From contig DATIKW010000018.1 in NCBI GenBank assembly GCA_035477115.1, forward strand, positions 21,256 to 85,255: a stretch of 64,000 bases of DNA. The letters run 5' to 3'. A program made the translations under genes and the position numbers. The DNA is from Bacillota bacterium. Its GTDB lineage: Bacteria; Bacillota; Sulfobacillia; UBA995. How positions within the stretch are numbered: the first letter of the stretch is position 1; the number at the start of each line of letters is the position of its first letter. Below, piece after piece: positions 39,831 through 48,833 of the stretch. The notes under the pieces are model-generated. The model was not told where the DNA came from, did not search any database, and saw only the letters and a program-made list of their open reading frames with translations.

Positions 39831-40937
39831 TCATTCTGCCGTCGCCGTCGATTTCCCTTCCTGATAACGCTGGATGGTCGCGTCACGCCAGGCGTCAAAT
39901 TCACCGGCGGCAATGGCCGCCCGCGCGCCCGCCAGCAGATCCAAAGTGAACCGGAGGTTGTGCAGGGAGGCCAAGCGCTGGCCCAGTGGCTCTCCGGCCA
40001 CCAGCAGGTGGCGGAGGTATGCCCGAGTGAAACCTCGACACGCGGGACATGCACATCCCTCGTCGAGGGGACGAAAATCGCGGCTGAAGCGGGCCGCGCG
40101 AAGCGACATCGCCCCGTCACGGGTGAGGGCCGTGCCGTGACGGCCGGCCCGGGAGGGGTATACGGAGTCGAACATGTCCACTCCCCGGGCAATAGCCTCG
40201 ATCAGGTCGCAGGGCGCGCCGACCCCCATCAGGTAACGCGGTCGATCTGCCGGCAACTCCGGCAGGGTAGCCTCCAGCATCGCGTATAGCACCGGCCTGG
40301 GTTCGCCGACGGACAGTCCGCCCAGCGCATAGCCTGGAAAGTCCATCTCCACCAGTTCGCGCGCCGCCTCTCGCCGCAGGTCCGCGTAGGTGCTGCCCTG
40401 GACGATCGCGAACCGTGTCTGCTCGGGCAGACCAGTGGTGCGCGACCGCCTGGCCCAGTCTGCGGTCAGTTCGACCGCACGGCGAGCGGCAGATTGCTCG
40501 CATGGGTAGGGGACACACACGTCTAGCGGCATGGCGATGTCCGCCCCCACCGCCGCCTGGATCTCCATCACCCGCTCCGGCGAAAGGAAGTGCTTCGAAC
40601 CGTCCACATGCGAGCGGAACGTAGCCCCAGACTGGTCCACCGAGCACAGTTTGGCCAGACTGAATACTTGATAGCCACCGCTGTCGGCGAGTACGGGTCC
40701 GTGCCACCCCATGAAGGACTGGATCCCGCCCGCCGCCCGAAGGACCTCGATTCCGGGTCGGAGATAGAGGTGATAGGCATTGACGAGAATCAGGTGGGCG
40801 CCCAGCCCCTTCACTTCGCCCGGGGTCAGGGTCTTCACGCTCGCCCGGGTGCCTACGGGCATGAAAGCCGGCGTCGCCACCTCACCCCGGGAAGTGACCA
40901 GCCGGCCGAGGCGCGGCCCCGCGGCCGCGCCGGTCAT
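39831..40937 (-). CDS. tgt: Queuine tRNA-ribosyltransferase Tgt
   Basis: TIM barrel with a zinc site (CxCxxC…H) and the FMPVGT motif region. Confidence 0.88.
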   Translation of the reverse strand: MTGAAAGPRLGRLVTSRGEVATPAFMPVGTRASVKTLTPGEVKGLGAHLILVNAYHLYLRPGIEVLRAAGGIQSFMGWHGPVLADSGGYQVFSLAKLCSVDQSGATFRSHVDGSKHFLSPERVMEIQAAVGADIAMPLDVCVPYPCEQSAARRAVELTADWARRSRTTGLPEQTRFAIVQGSTYADLRREAARELVEMDFPGYALGGLSVGEPRPVLYAMLEATLPELPADRPRYLMGVGAPCDLIEAIARGVDMFDSVYPSRAGRHGTALTRDGAMSLRAARFSRDFRPLDEGCACPACRGFTRAYLRHLLVAGEPLGQRLASLHNLRFTLDLLAGARAAIAAGEFDAWRDATIQRYQEGKSTATAE

Positions 40938-40986
40938 GAGGTCGAACCGCAGGTCGCCAATCCCCCTCTTCGCCGTTCTAGCCTGG

Positions 40987-41013
40987 TAGGGGCGGGTTCA
41001 GAACCCGCCCCTA
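40987..41013. repeat. 27-bp palindrome TAGGGGCGGGTTCAGAACCCGCCCCTA (copy 2; outer arms CCTGGTA/TACCAGG extend it to 40982..41023)
   Basis: Seen directly in the sequence. It lies between the rsgI stop and the tgt start. Confidence 0.9.
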
Positions 41014-41046
41014 CTCTACCAGGTGTTCTCCTTCACTCTTCTTCAA

Positions 41047-42294
41047 TTAATTACTTTCGTTCTCTTCACCTTCATCCCTGCCGTCCCCGCCGCGGCCTTC
41101 ATCCCCCCGGCCCTCGCGGCCTGGTTCGGGTCGGACAGGAGGTGTGGGCTGGTCTATTCTCCCCCTGTCGTCCCGCCTGTTCTCGGTCCGGGTGCGGTCT
41201 TGACCGCGTCCCTCTCCGCCTTCCCCGTCTTGCTGACTTCCCTCATTTCCCTCGCCCTCATCGCCATCCTCACCCTCACCGTTGCCATTGCCATCCCCCC
41301 GGCCTGGCCGCCCTGGCCGGTCTGGCCGCTCGGACAACTCGTCTTCATCGTCGCCCTGATCTTCGCCTTCGTTTCTTCGTTCCTCCTCGGGCCGCTCATC
41401 GTCCTCGTCTTCTCGCTCATCTTGCCCTCTTTCCCGCTCCGGACGGCGGGCCCGATTGCGCTCCCGGAACTTTTCCGCCAGATCTTCCAGTACCTCAGGC
41501 GGGTCGTCCCCCGCCACGACTTCCGCCGCCAAGCCACCCGCCCTGCCGATTGCCTCTCCCAACCGGCCTTCCCGGACATCCTCAACCTCGAGAGCCAGCC
41601 CTCGCTCCTGCGCCCGCAGCAGGACGGCATAGCGGCCCGCCGTGAGTCCAACCGCCCGCGCCTCCTGCCACACCGCCGGGCTCACCTGCAGGGAGGCGAG
41701 TGTGATCGCCGCGGCACCCGTGAGTTCCCGGTCGGCCGCCGCCTTCGCCTGCTCGCCAAGGGCCTGAATCCGGCCGACCAGCCGTTCCTGGCCAGGGAGG
41801 AGGGGTGTCACGGCCAACACCAGCACATTGGGGCCTGCGGGATCGAGGTACCGCCGTTCCCGCGCTACGTGTAGTAAGCGTTCCAGGACCACCCCTAAAT
41901 CCAGTCCCCGGACGGATCCTGCCGCCCTCACCAGTTCCATCCCGCTGCCATCGACGCCGACGGCTTCCACCACTCGCTCCCGCGCGTCGACTGCCAACTC
42001 GAAACTGGGGTTTATGTCGAGCGAGACCCGCGCCGCTATCGGCCCCAGCGCGCCCGCCCGGGGTAGGAGTACCATGAGGGCGATGACGCTGGCCATAACC
42101 AGGGCCGGCCGCAGCAGCGGCCTGAGCGCCAATGACTGCCTGCGGATGAACCGAACCTCTCCGCCGAGGTCTCCCGGCTCCCCCTTCAGCGGCACCCACC
42201 GAAATTCCCCGCCGTCGGCCAGCACCAGTGCAGAGCGCCCTCTGACCTCCAGCACCATGCCTCTACCGACTGACTTCGTGCCCATGCCGATCAC
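41047..42294 (-). CDS. rsgI: Anti-sigma-I factor RsgI with an acidic low-complexity C-terminal tail
   Basis: RsgI_N signature (MVLEVRGRSALVLADGGEFRWVPLKG) followed by a TM helix. It overlaps the sigI stop. The C-terminal 140 aa or so is a D/E/G-rich low-complexity region. Confidence 0.75.
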   Translation of the reverse strand: MIGMGTKSVGRGMVLEVRGRSALVLADGGEFRWVPLKGEPGDLGGEVRFIRRQSLALRPLLRPALVMASVIALMVLLPRAGALGPIAARVSLDINPSFELAVDARERVVEAVGVDGSGMELVRAAGSVRGLDLGVVLERLLHVARERRYLDPAGPNVLVLAVTPLLPGQERLVGRIQALGEQAKAAADRELTGAAAITLASLQVSPAVWQEARAVGLTAGRYAVLLRAQERGLALEVEDVREGRLGEAIGRAGGLAAEVVAGDDPPEVLEDLAEKFRERNRARRPERERGQDEREDEDDERPEEERRNEGEDQGDDEDELSERPDRPGRPGRGDGNGNGEGEDGDEGEGNEGSQQDGEGGEGRGQDRTRTENRRDDRGRIDQPTPPVRPEPGREGRGDEGRGGDGRDEGEENESN

Positions 42295-43049
42295 TCCCGC
42301 AAGAGGTAGCTCTTGAGATAGGGGAGATCCTCCAACAAGATCAGCGCCGCAGCCAGAATGTACCTGCGGTGACGTTCCAGGGTTTTACGTTTCATGCCCG
42401 AACGCTCCGCCAACAGCCGCATCGGCACCACCCGTCGCTGGCGGAGGGCCGCCGCCAGGACCGGATCCTCGGCCAGGGTCCGCGCGGCCCTCAGCGCGCT
42501 TCGCCGCGTATCGGCGTGACGCGGGCCCGCCCGTACCAGATCGGGCAGGTGAACGCCGTAGTGCCGGAGTAGTTCCCGGTAACGCACCACTTCTTCCCGG
42601 CGTTCGCCGGCCTCAGTTTCCGCCCGGTAGGCCAGGACCGCCTCCCGCACCTCGGGAAGCGGCGACGGGCCTTGTACCGGGTCGTCGACGGAACTCCAAG
42701 GGATTTCCCGCCGGCCAGCTCGGTCCTTGCGATAGTGGTCGACCAGCCTCCGGCGTATGACTTGTTCCGCGAAGGCGAAGAAGCTGCCGCCACGCTCATC
42801 ATCGTAATGGTCAATCGCTTCATTGAAGGCCGCCAACCCGACGCTGAACTCATCATCGCGGGCGGGGTCCACACGGCGCCGGGTTACCTGGCCGGCCACA
42901 CGCAGGACGAAAGGCTGATACCGCCTGAGCAGGGTCTCTCTGGCCTGAGCGTTGCCTCGGCGCGCCTCGGCCATGAGGCCTTGGGTCAGGTTGGCAGGCC
43001 CCGATTCGCCCCCACCCGCTCCGCCTTGCCGGGCCAGCTTTTCCACCAT
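42291..43049 (-). CDS. sigI: RNA polymerase sigma factor SigI
   Basis: Sigma-70 region 2 (RRYQPFVLRVAG) and a SigI-type C-terminal region. It is paired with rsgI downstream. Confidence 0.8.
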   Translation of the reverse strand: MVEKLARQGGAGGGESGPANLTQGLMAEARRGNAQARETLLRRYQPFVLRVAGQVTRRRVDPARDDEFSVGLAAFNEAIDHYDDERGGSFFAFAEQVIRRRLVDHYRKDRAGRREIPWSSVDDPVQGPSPLPEVREAVLAYRAETEAGERREEVVRYRELLRHYGVHLPDLVRAGPRHADTRRSALRAARTLAEDPVLAAALRQRRVVPMRLLAERSGMKRKTLERHRRYILAAALILLEDLPYLKSYLLRE

Positions 43050-43061
43050 CCTGGATCAGAT

Positions 43062-43091
43062 ATTCGTGACAGCCGGTTGCTTATGGGGGGG
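43062..43091 (-). promoter_or_regulatory. Candidate sigma-I-type promoter (ACCCCCC-N18-CGAAT) in front of sigI
   Basis: The motif seen on the minus strand matches the reported sigma-I consensus (-35 ACCCCC, -10 CGAA). Spacing and function are inferred. Confidence 0.3.
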
Positions 43092-43099
43092 TATCTCGA

Positions 43100-44140
43100 T
43101 CACGAGTGTTCGTCGAACAGGCGTGGCTGGGGCCGGGGTTCCGGCAACCCGAGGTGGCGGTAGGCCGCCACGGTCAGCATCCGGCCCCGCGGCGTCCGCT
43201 TGATGAAACCAAGCTGCATCAAGTATGGCTCGTACACATCCTCGATTGTCTGGACCTCCTCGCTGATGGCGGCGGCGATCGTCTCCACGCCCACGGGTCC
43301 CCCGCCGAACAGGTCGGCCAGCGCTCGGAGGAGCCGGTGATCGACTCGGTCCAGCCCGAGGCCGTCCACCTCCAACAACTCGAGACCATCATTGGCTACA
43401 GGCAGCGATATGGCCCCGTCCGCCCGGATCTGCGCGAAGTCCCGAACCCGCTTCAGCAGTCGGTTCGCGACCCGCGGTGTCCCCCGAGCCCGCCGGGCTA
43501 TCTCTCGGGCTGCCTCCTCGGCCAACTCCGTATCGAGGATGATGGCCGATCGCCGCACGATCTGCTCGAGTTCCGGCGCGGAGTAGTACTCGAGCCGGCT
43601 GACCACCCCGAATCGATCGCGCAGCGGCGAGGTGAGTTGCCCGGGCCGAGTGGTGGCGCCGATCAGGGTAAACCGTGGCAGATCGAGTCGGAGCGAACGC
43701 GCGCCCGGTCCCTTACCGATGATTATGTCAAGGGAGAAGTCCTCCATGGCGGGGTACAGGATCTCCTCCACCGTCCGGTTCAGGCGGTGGATCTCATCGA
43801 CGAACAGGACATCGCGATCGCCGAGATTGGTGAGGATCGCCGCCAGGTCGCCGGCGCGCTCCACGGCCGGGCCCGAGGTAGCTCGCACCGCTACGCCCAA
43901 CTCCCGGGCTATGATATAGGCAAGGGTGGTCTTGCCCAGCCCGGGCGGCCCGTACAACAGGACGTGGTCGAGCGGTTCGCGCCGCTCCACGGCCGCGCGG
44001 ATGAAGATGCCGAGGCTTTCCACCACCCGCTCCTGCCCTATATACTCGGTCAGCCGTCTTGGTCGGAGGGTAATCTCGAACTGGCCCTCCTCGTCGGCCA
44101 ACTTTCCCGATGTTACTCTCAGTTCTCCGGGTTCCGCCAT
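43100..44140 (-). CDS. ruvB: Holliday junction branch migration ATPase RuvB
   Basis: AAA+ Walker [12 protein letters not shown] and the RuvB N-terminus [13 protein letters not shown]. Confidence 0.92.
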   Translation of the reverse strand: MAEPGELRVTSGKLADEEGQFEITLRPRRLTEYIGQERVVESLGIFIRAAVERREPLDHVLLYGPPGLGKTTLAYIIARELGVAVRATSGPAVERAGDLAAILTNLGDRDVLFVDEIHRLNRTVEEILYPAMEDFSLDIIIGKGPGARSLRLDLPRFTLIGATTRPGQLTSPLRDRFGVVSRLEYYSAPELEQIVRRSAIILDTELAEEAAREIARRARGTPRVANRLLKRVRDFAQIRADGAISLPVANDGLELLEVDGLGLDRVDHRLLRALADLFGGGPVGVETIAAAISEEVQTIEDVYEPYLMQLGFIKRTPRGRMLTVAAYRHLGLPEPRPQPRLFDEHS

Positions 44141-44153
44141 GCGCTCTCCCGCC

Positions 44154-44750
44154 TTACAAGTGCTTCAGACTGGCCTTGAGTAGGGCGGAGGCTTGGGCTT
44201 CCGCCCCCAGGTCACGGGCGGCTCGTTCGAAGGCCCTCCCGGCTTCGGCCCGAGCGTATCCGAGTGCCATCAAAGCCTCGATCACTTCCGAGGCCCGATC
44301 CGATCCCGAACGCTGGCCGGGGGCCGTCAGGACGGCGCCGGCACCACTGTGCGCCAGCTTCTCCTTGAGTTCAAGGACGAGGCGCTGAGCGGTCTTGCGG
44401 CCAACTCCGGGGGCTCGGGTGAGGGCCGCCACATCTTCCAGCAGCACTGCCTCCATGAAGTCCCGCGGGCTCAAGGCCGATAGGACGCTCATTGCCAGGC
44501 GTGGCCCTACCCCCGTCACCCGGAGCAAAGTCTCGAACAACCGAGCTTCCTCGGCCTCGGCGAAGCCGAAAAGCTCCATGCCGTCGTCGCGCAGGCAGAG
44601 AAAGGTGTGAAGCATGGCTTCTCCCCCTGGCGCCGGCAGCCGGGAACAGGTGCCGGCCGACACCGTGACCCGATAGCCAACGCCGCCCACATCGATCACC
44701 GCCGTGGAGAAGGCCGTGGCGGCCACTCTCCCGCGCAGGAAGCTGATCAT
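44154..44750 (-). CDS. ruvA: Holliday junction DNA helicase RuvA
   Basis: MISFLRGRV…[11 protein letters not shown] matches the RuvA N-terminus. The start is trimmed to overlap the ruvC stop. Confidence 0.88.
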   Translation of the reverse strand: MISFLRGRVAATAFSTAVIDVGGVGYRVTVSAGTCSRLPAPGGEAMLHTFLCLRDDGMELFGFAEAEEARLFETLLRVTGVGPRLAMSVLSALSPRDFMEAVLLEDVAALTRAPGVGRKTAQRLVLELKEKLAHSGAGAVLTAPGQRSGSDRASEVIEALMALGYARAEAGRAFERAARDLGAEAQASALLKASLKHL

Positions 44751-45232
44751 GCCGGCCGTCCTCCCTGGTAATGGTGCAGGCAACAGATGGCCGTGGCCAG
44801 CGCATCGGCTGCGTCGGCCGCCAACTCCCCTTGACCTAGTCCGAGGATGGCCCGTACCATGAACTTCACCTGCTGCTTATCGGCCTTCCCATAGCCGGTG
44901 ACCGCCTGCTTGACCTCAGCGGGCGTACACTCCATCACCGCCACGCCAGCCGCTCCTGCCGCCAGGATCGCCACCCCGCGGGCCTCTCCCACTGTCAGGG
45001 CACTGGGTGCGTTACGGCCGAAGAACACCTCTTCGAGACCCACGACTGCCGGACTGTGTTCGGCGATCAACGCGGCCAACTGCTGGTGGATGATGGTGAG
45101 GCGCCTGGACGTGGGCCATTCGGGAGGCGTGACGATGACCCCGTGCTTCACCTCCCGGAGGCGTCCCCCGGATGTCTTGACTAGCCCGTAACCGGTTCGA
45201 GCGGTGCCCGGGTCAATGCCCATCGCCAACAT
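44747..45232 (-). CDS. ruvC: Holliday junction resolvase RuvC
   Basis: MGIDPGTARTGYG matches the RuvC N-terminus and includes a catalytic Asp. Confidence 0.88.
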   Translation of the reverse strand: MLAMGIDPGTARTGYGLVKTSGGRLREVKHGVIVTPPEWPTSRRLTIIHQQLAALIAEHSPAVVGLEEVFFGRNAPSALTVGEARGVAILAAGAAGVAVMECTPAEVKQAVTGYGKADKQQVKFMVRAILGLGQGELAADAADALATAICCLHHYQGGRPA

Positions 45233-45304
45233 GGTCCGATCCCCGCCATGCCATTTCAACGGGTCACGGCCATAATCCTTGCAGAGGAACGCGGTGAGAT
45301 CCAG

Positions 45305-45838
45305 CTAGTTCTCGATCCCCTCGAGCTGGGAGAGTACGCCTTCATCTCCCCTCACGACGATGCCCTCGCTCAGCCGCCGCCGGTCGGCCGCCGACAGCCC
45401 GTCCGGCAGCGGTTCGATCGTTTCCTTGAAGAGGAGGTGGGGAGGTCGGCCGTAGAAGACCGCCAGCCGGTCCTCATGCCACCGAAGAGTACGGAATAGC
45501 TGCATCTCGGGACACAGACCGGGTGAGACCCGCACGAGTCGGGCCGTGTCGGGCTCAAACAACTCGACACGCCAGTCGGGCATGGCTGCCGCCAGGCGTT
45601 CCCGCGTCCAGCCCGCCATTCCCCCTGCCGGCGCCGAAAAATCTACTGCTCTGCGGCAGTCCGCGTAGGTGATACGCCAGGTTAGCCGCGCATCGGCCCG
45701 CAGCGTATCCTCGACCGCCGGGCCGGCCGGGGGTGCCGGCGGGATCACCGGCCGCGACGCCCGCCAGGTCAAGACCGCCCCGGCTAGAGCGACCACTCCC
45801 ACACTCAAGATGAACACCCGGAAGCCCCGGCGACCCAC
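45305..45838 (-). CDS. Membrane-anchored hypothetical protein, BofC-like
   Basis: N-terminal TM anchor. The C-terminal region (VFYGRPPH…GIVVRGDEGVLSQLEGI) resembles the BofC C-domain. bofC lies next to ruvA in Bacillus. Weak call. Confidence 0.35.
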   Translation of the reverse strand: MGRRGFRVFILSVGVVALAGAVLTWRASRPVIPPAPPAGPAVEDTLRADARLTWRITYADCRRAVDFSAPAGGMAGWTRERLAAAMPDWRVELFEPDTARLVRVSPGLCPEMQLFRTLRWHEDRLAVFYGRPPHLLFKETIEPLPDGLSAADRRRLSEGIVVRGDEGVLSQLEGIEN

Positions 45839-45900
45839 CGGCCCCTCCCGCCATGCGATTTGCCGGTAGTATCACCGCCCCGTTCCCGGGGCATGCGACC

Positions 45901-46479
45901 TCAAGGAGCAGGGATACCCATCACAAACCGGTTCAGCATCCAGAGTAGCCCGGGCAGGCCGGGTATGAGCGCTACCAGGGTGAGGAGAGCCAGCCCTACC
46001 CGCGCCACGGTGAGCCGTGCATCCGGTTCCTCCCCGCCCTCCAGGATGTAAGTGGCCAGTAGACCGAGCGCCCCGAGAAAGGGCAGCAGGATCCAGTAGC
46101 CGAGGTTGGTCACCACCAGCAACTGGCTCGCCCCAAGCCGGGCCAATAGTCTGGTCTCCCCCAGCTCCACTTGGGCTCGGCCGGCGAGCGGCCGGTTCAC
46201 CAGCCAGTAACCTGGCTCAGCATCAGGACGTCGCAGCGTAGCCGTAGGCGTCAGCTGAAGATCCAGGAGGACGGGCCCGGCGGCGGGATCCAGTTCACCC
46301 GGGGTCCCGACCTCGTACACAATGCCGGTCGCGCGGATGGTCTCGATGGGGCGCGCTGTCCATACACCCCGTCCGGTCATGAGGAGCAAAGTCACCCAGA
46401 TGACGGCGAATGCAGCCACCGGCACAAGCAGATAGTAGCGGCGGATGGCTGACGGTCGGGGAACCCAGGTCACGGTCAT
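45901..46479 (-). CDS. Hypothetical integral membrane protein
   Basis: Several TM helices. I prefer the ATG with the AAGGAGG. The longer listed ORF would run into the riboswitch on the opposite strand. Confidence 0.45.
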   Translation of the reverse strand: MTVTWVPRPSAIRRYYLLVPVAAFAVIWVTLLLMTGRGVWTARPIETIRATGIVYEVGTPGELDPAAGPVLLDLQLTPTATLRRPDAEPGYWLVNRPLAGRAQVELGETRLLARLGASQLLVVTNLGYWILLPFLGALGLLATYILEGGEEPDARLTVARVGLALLTLVALIPGLPGLLWMLNRFVMGIPAP

Positions 46480-46552
46480 CGCCTCCTTGGTCCTCCGGTG
46501 TTCGGCAGGACCGTGTTTGACTACCGGACAACGACCTGATAAAATGCTCGGC

Positions 46553-46655
46553 GAAGGCAGAGTAGGCACTGCGCGTCAAGTGTCAGGGGATGGGAAGTCG
46601 CCTCTGAACGAAAGGCTGCTTGGCCTGCGGTGCAGGTGCCGCGTCCGCTGCCACC
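46553..46655 (+). promoter_or_regulatory. THF (tetrahydrofolate) riboswitch aptamer
   Basis: The sequence GGCAGAGUAGGCACUGCGCGUCAAGUGUCAGGGGAUGGGAAGUCGCCUCUGAACGAAAGGCU…GCGUCCGCUGCC matches the conserved THF riboswitch blocks (AGAGUAG, CGCGUYAAGUG, GGGAUGUCG, AACGAA, GCAUCCGCU). It lies about 80 nt upstream of folT. A GGGAAGAGG…CCUCCCUUUUCUUC terminator-like platform follows it. Confidence 0.8.
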
Positions 46656-46736
46656 CGAGGGGAAGAGGTAACAAACCTCCCTTTTCTTCGGTGGGGCGTC
46701 TGCCGCCCGAAGCCGAAGCGAAGGGAGGTGAAGACA

Positions 46737-47309
46737 GTGATTCGAACCCGCACCCTCGCCTATCTGGGGTTGCTCACCGCCACGAGTGTGGTCCTGACCC
46801 GGTTCTTCGCCGTGATGCTGCCCATTGGCGGGGTCGGAGCCCTGCGGTTGTCTTTCGGCGAGGTGCCGATCATCCTGTCGGGGCTCTTGTTTGGCCCGGT
46901 GGCCGGAGGCGCGGTGGGGGCGCTCGCCGACCTGATCGGTTTCCCAATCAACCCTTTCGGCGGAGCCTACTTCCCGCCCCTGACCCTCACGTCGGCGCTT
47001 CACGGCATCCTGCCCCCGCTGCTCATCCGGTTGTACGCCAGGGCGCCTTACCGCTGGCGCGATCTCGGGGCAACCGTCCTGCTCAATGACCTGGTCGTCG
47101 CGGTGGTCCTCCAAACGCTCTTCCTTTCGATACTGCTGGACCGCGCGATCCTGGTGCTGTTGCCGTTACGGTTGCTGGGTCGCTTGCTGCTCATCCCCGT
47201 CTACACGACCGTCCTGTATCTCGCCGCGACTTCCTACTACGCCCTCGACCGCAATCGGCCGCTCCTCGGCCTTGCCGGACCGCGCGGACCGGGAGCATCA
47301 GGCCGGTGA
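46737..47309 (+). CDS. folT: Folate-family ECF transporter S component (FolT)
   Basis: Membrane protein of about 190 aa (RLSFGEVPIILSGLLFGPVAGGAVGALADLIG). GTG start with GGGAGGTG upstream. It is downstream of the THF riboswitch. Confidence 0.75.
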   Translation: MIRTRTLAYLGLLTATSVVLTRFFAVMLPIGGVGALRLSFGEVPIILSGLLFGPVAGGAVGALADLIGFPINPFGGAYFPPLTLTSALHGILPPLLIRLYARAPYRWRDLGATVLLNDLVVAVVLQTLFLSILLDRAILVLLPLRLLGRLLLIPVYTTVLYLAATSYYALDRNRPLLGLAGPRGPGASGR

Positions 47310-47322
47310 TTTGCCCCACGCT

Positions 47323-47348
47323 GCGGGGCCGGCTTGAGCCGGCCCCGC
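47323..47348. terminator. Bidirectional terminator hairpin GCGGGGCCGGC-TTGA-GCCGGCCCCGC
   Basis: Perfect 11-bp stem between convergent folT and yebC. Confidence 0.6.
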
Positions 47349-47353
47349 GGCGG

Positions 47354-48073
47354 TCATCCCATCGCCACATTGGCATGGACTCGCTGCACGTCCTCAAGCT
47401 CATCGAGTTCTGCCAGCAACTCCACCGCCGCGTCGGCCTGGTCTCCGGGGACCTCCACGGTCATCCGGGGGACCAGGGTGACTTCCGCCTCCTTGACGGT
47501 AATGCCCAGAGCTTCCAGCGCTGCCCGTACCCGATCGCGGTCGCGGGGGTCGGCGGTGATCAGGTAGTCGCCTTCCCTTCGGGCCAGGTCCTCGGCGCCG
47601 GCGTCCAGTGCCGCCGCCAGCATCCGTCCCTCGGCAACCTCCCCGTCCGCGGTGATCAGGGCCTTCTGGTCGAACATCCAGACCACGCAGCCAGCCTCGC
47701 CCAGACTGCCGCCGTGCCGGGCAAAAACGTGACGCACCGCGGCCGCCGTCCGCCTTCGGTTATCGGTGACCGTCTCCACCACGACCGCGATACCCCCCGG
47801 ACCGTATCCCTCATAGAGCGACTCCTCGAGTTGCGCGCCCGCCAATTCTCCCGTCCCCTTGAGGATCGCCCGCTGCAGATTGCCGGCGGGTATGTTCGCC
47901 TCCCGGGCCCTGGCGATGGCTTCGCGCAACCGGGGGTTGGCCTCAGGGTTAGGACCGCCTTGCCGGGCGGCCACCGTCAACTCGCGCGCAAGTCGGGAGA
48001 AGACCCGACCTTTCTGCTCGTCCACCTGAGCCTTACGGCGCTTGATATTCGCCCACTTCGAGTGACCGGACAT
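47354..48073 (-). CDS. yebC: YebC/PmpR family DNA-binding regulatory protein
   Basis: MSGHSKWANIKRRKA is the YebC family N-terminus. Confidence 0.9.
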   Translation of the reverse strand: MSGHSKWANIKRRKAQVDEQKGRVFSRLARELTVAARQGGPNPEANPRLREAIARAREANIPAGNLQRAILKGTGELAGAQLEESLYEGYGPGGIAVVVETVTDNRRRTAAAVRHVFARHGGSLGEAGCVVWMFDQKALITADGEVAEGRMLAAALDAGAEDLARREGDYLITADPRDRDRVRAALEALGITVKEAEVTLVPRMTVEVPGDQADAAVELLAELDELEDVQRVHANVAMG

Positions 48074-48089
48074 ACTGCAGCCATCCCAC

Positions 48090-48833
48090 CTAACGTCGGG
48101 GCATGGGCGGCAATTGGCGCTTGTGCCGGCCGCGCCTGGCGAGGGCCCGCGCCCGATCCTCCACGCGGCGCGGTCCTCTTCCCGTCAACAGGTAGGCGTC
48201 GAGTTCCGCGTAGGTCAGGCCGAGTTCCCCTTCATCGGTCTGACCCGCCCATAGACCGGCCGTGGGCGGACGTTCGAGCACCGCGGCCGGCACCCCGAGA
48301 TGCTGCCCCAACTTCCGGACCTGGCTCTTCACCAGCCGCGCCAGAGGGAGCAGGTCCACCCCGCCGTCGCCGTATTTGGTGAAATAACCCAGTTCCAGTT
48401 CACAGCGATTACCGCTGCCGACGACGAGGTAGTTGAGGAGGTTGGCATGATAGTAGAGGCAAGCCATCCGCAGGCGCGCCTTGAGATTGCCTTCGGGCAA
48501 GCGCCGGGCGGCGCCGTCGCCCGACTGCCCGATCTCGCCCAGCAGTGCGCGATAAGCCGGCCCGAGATCGACCACGCGTACCGGCACGGCCAACTCGCGG
48601 GCAACGTCCCGGGCGAGGTCCACATCACGGTTGTCGCTCTCACAGGGCAAGATCAAGCCCAGCGTCGAATCGGGAAAAGCTCGCCGGACCAGGCCCGCCA
48701 CCACGGCCGAGTCGAGCCCCCCGCTGAGCCCCAGCACGCCTCCGACCGCCCCGGCCGACCGCACCCGCCGCCGGATCCATCCGGCCAACCGGGCGGCGGT
48801 TGCCCGGGCGTCAAACGATTCCGAACCACTCAT
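48090..48833 (-). CDS. nadE: NH3-dependent NAD+ synthetase NadE
   Basis: PP-loop SGGLDSAV and the NadE-like length and motifs. Confidence 0.8.
   Translation of the reverse strand: MSGSESFDARATAARLAGWIRRRVRSAGAVGGVLGLSGGLDSAVVAGLVRRAFPDSTLGLILPCESDNRDVDLARDVARELAVPVRVVDLGPAYRALLGEIGQSGDGAARRLPEGNLKARLRMACLYYHANLLNYLVVGSGNRCELELGYFTKYGDGGVDLLPLARLVKSQVRKLGQHLGVPAAVLERPPTAGLWAGQTDEGELGLTYAELDAYLLTGRGPRRVEDRARALARRGRHKRQLPPMPRR

Noticed and set aside
39794-40192. A 5-prime extension of the yajC ORF to 228 aa
   Set aside because: The extension has no family similarity and overlaps tgt in another frame. A GTG with GGGAGG gives a canonical YajC of about 95 aa.
46480-46569. A longer version of the membrane protein ORF reaching into the riboswitch region
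   Set aside because: It would overlap the THF riboswitch on the opposite strand. An internal ATG with AAGGAGG gives a cleaner start.
46737-46765. A GGGTTCGAATC sequence on the minus strand that resembles a tRNA T-loop
   Set aside because: The flanks cannot form a T-stem or acceptor stem. It lies inside the folT coding start (VIRTRTL), so it is coincidental.
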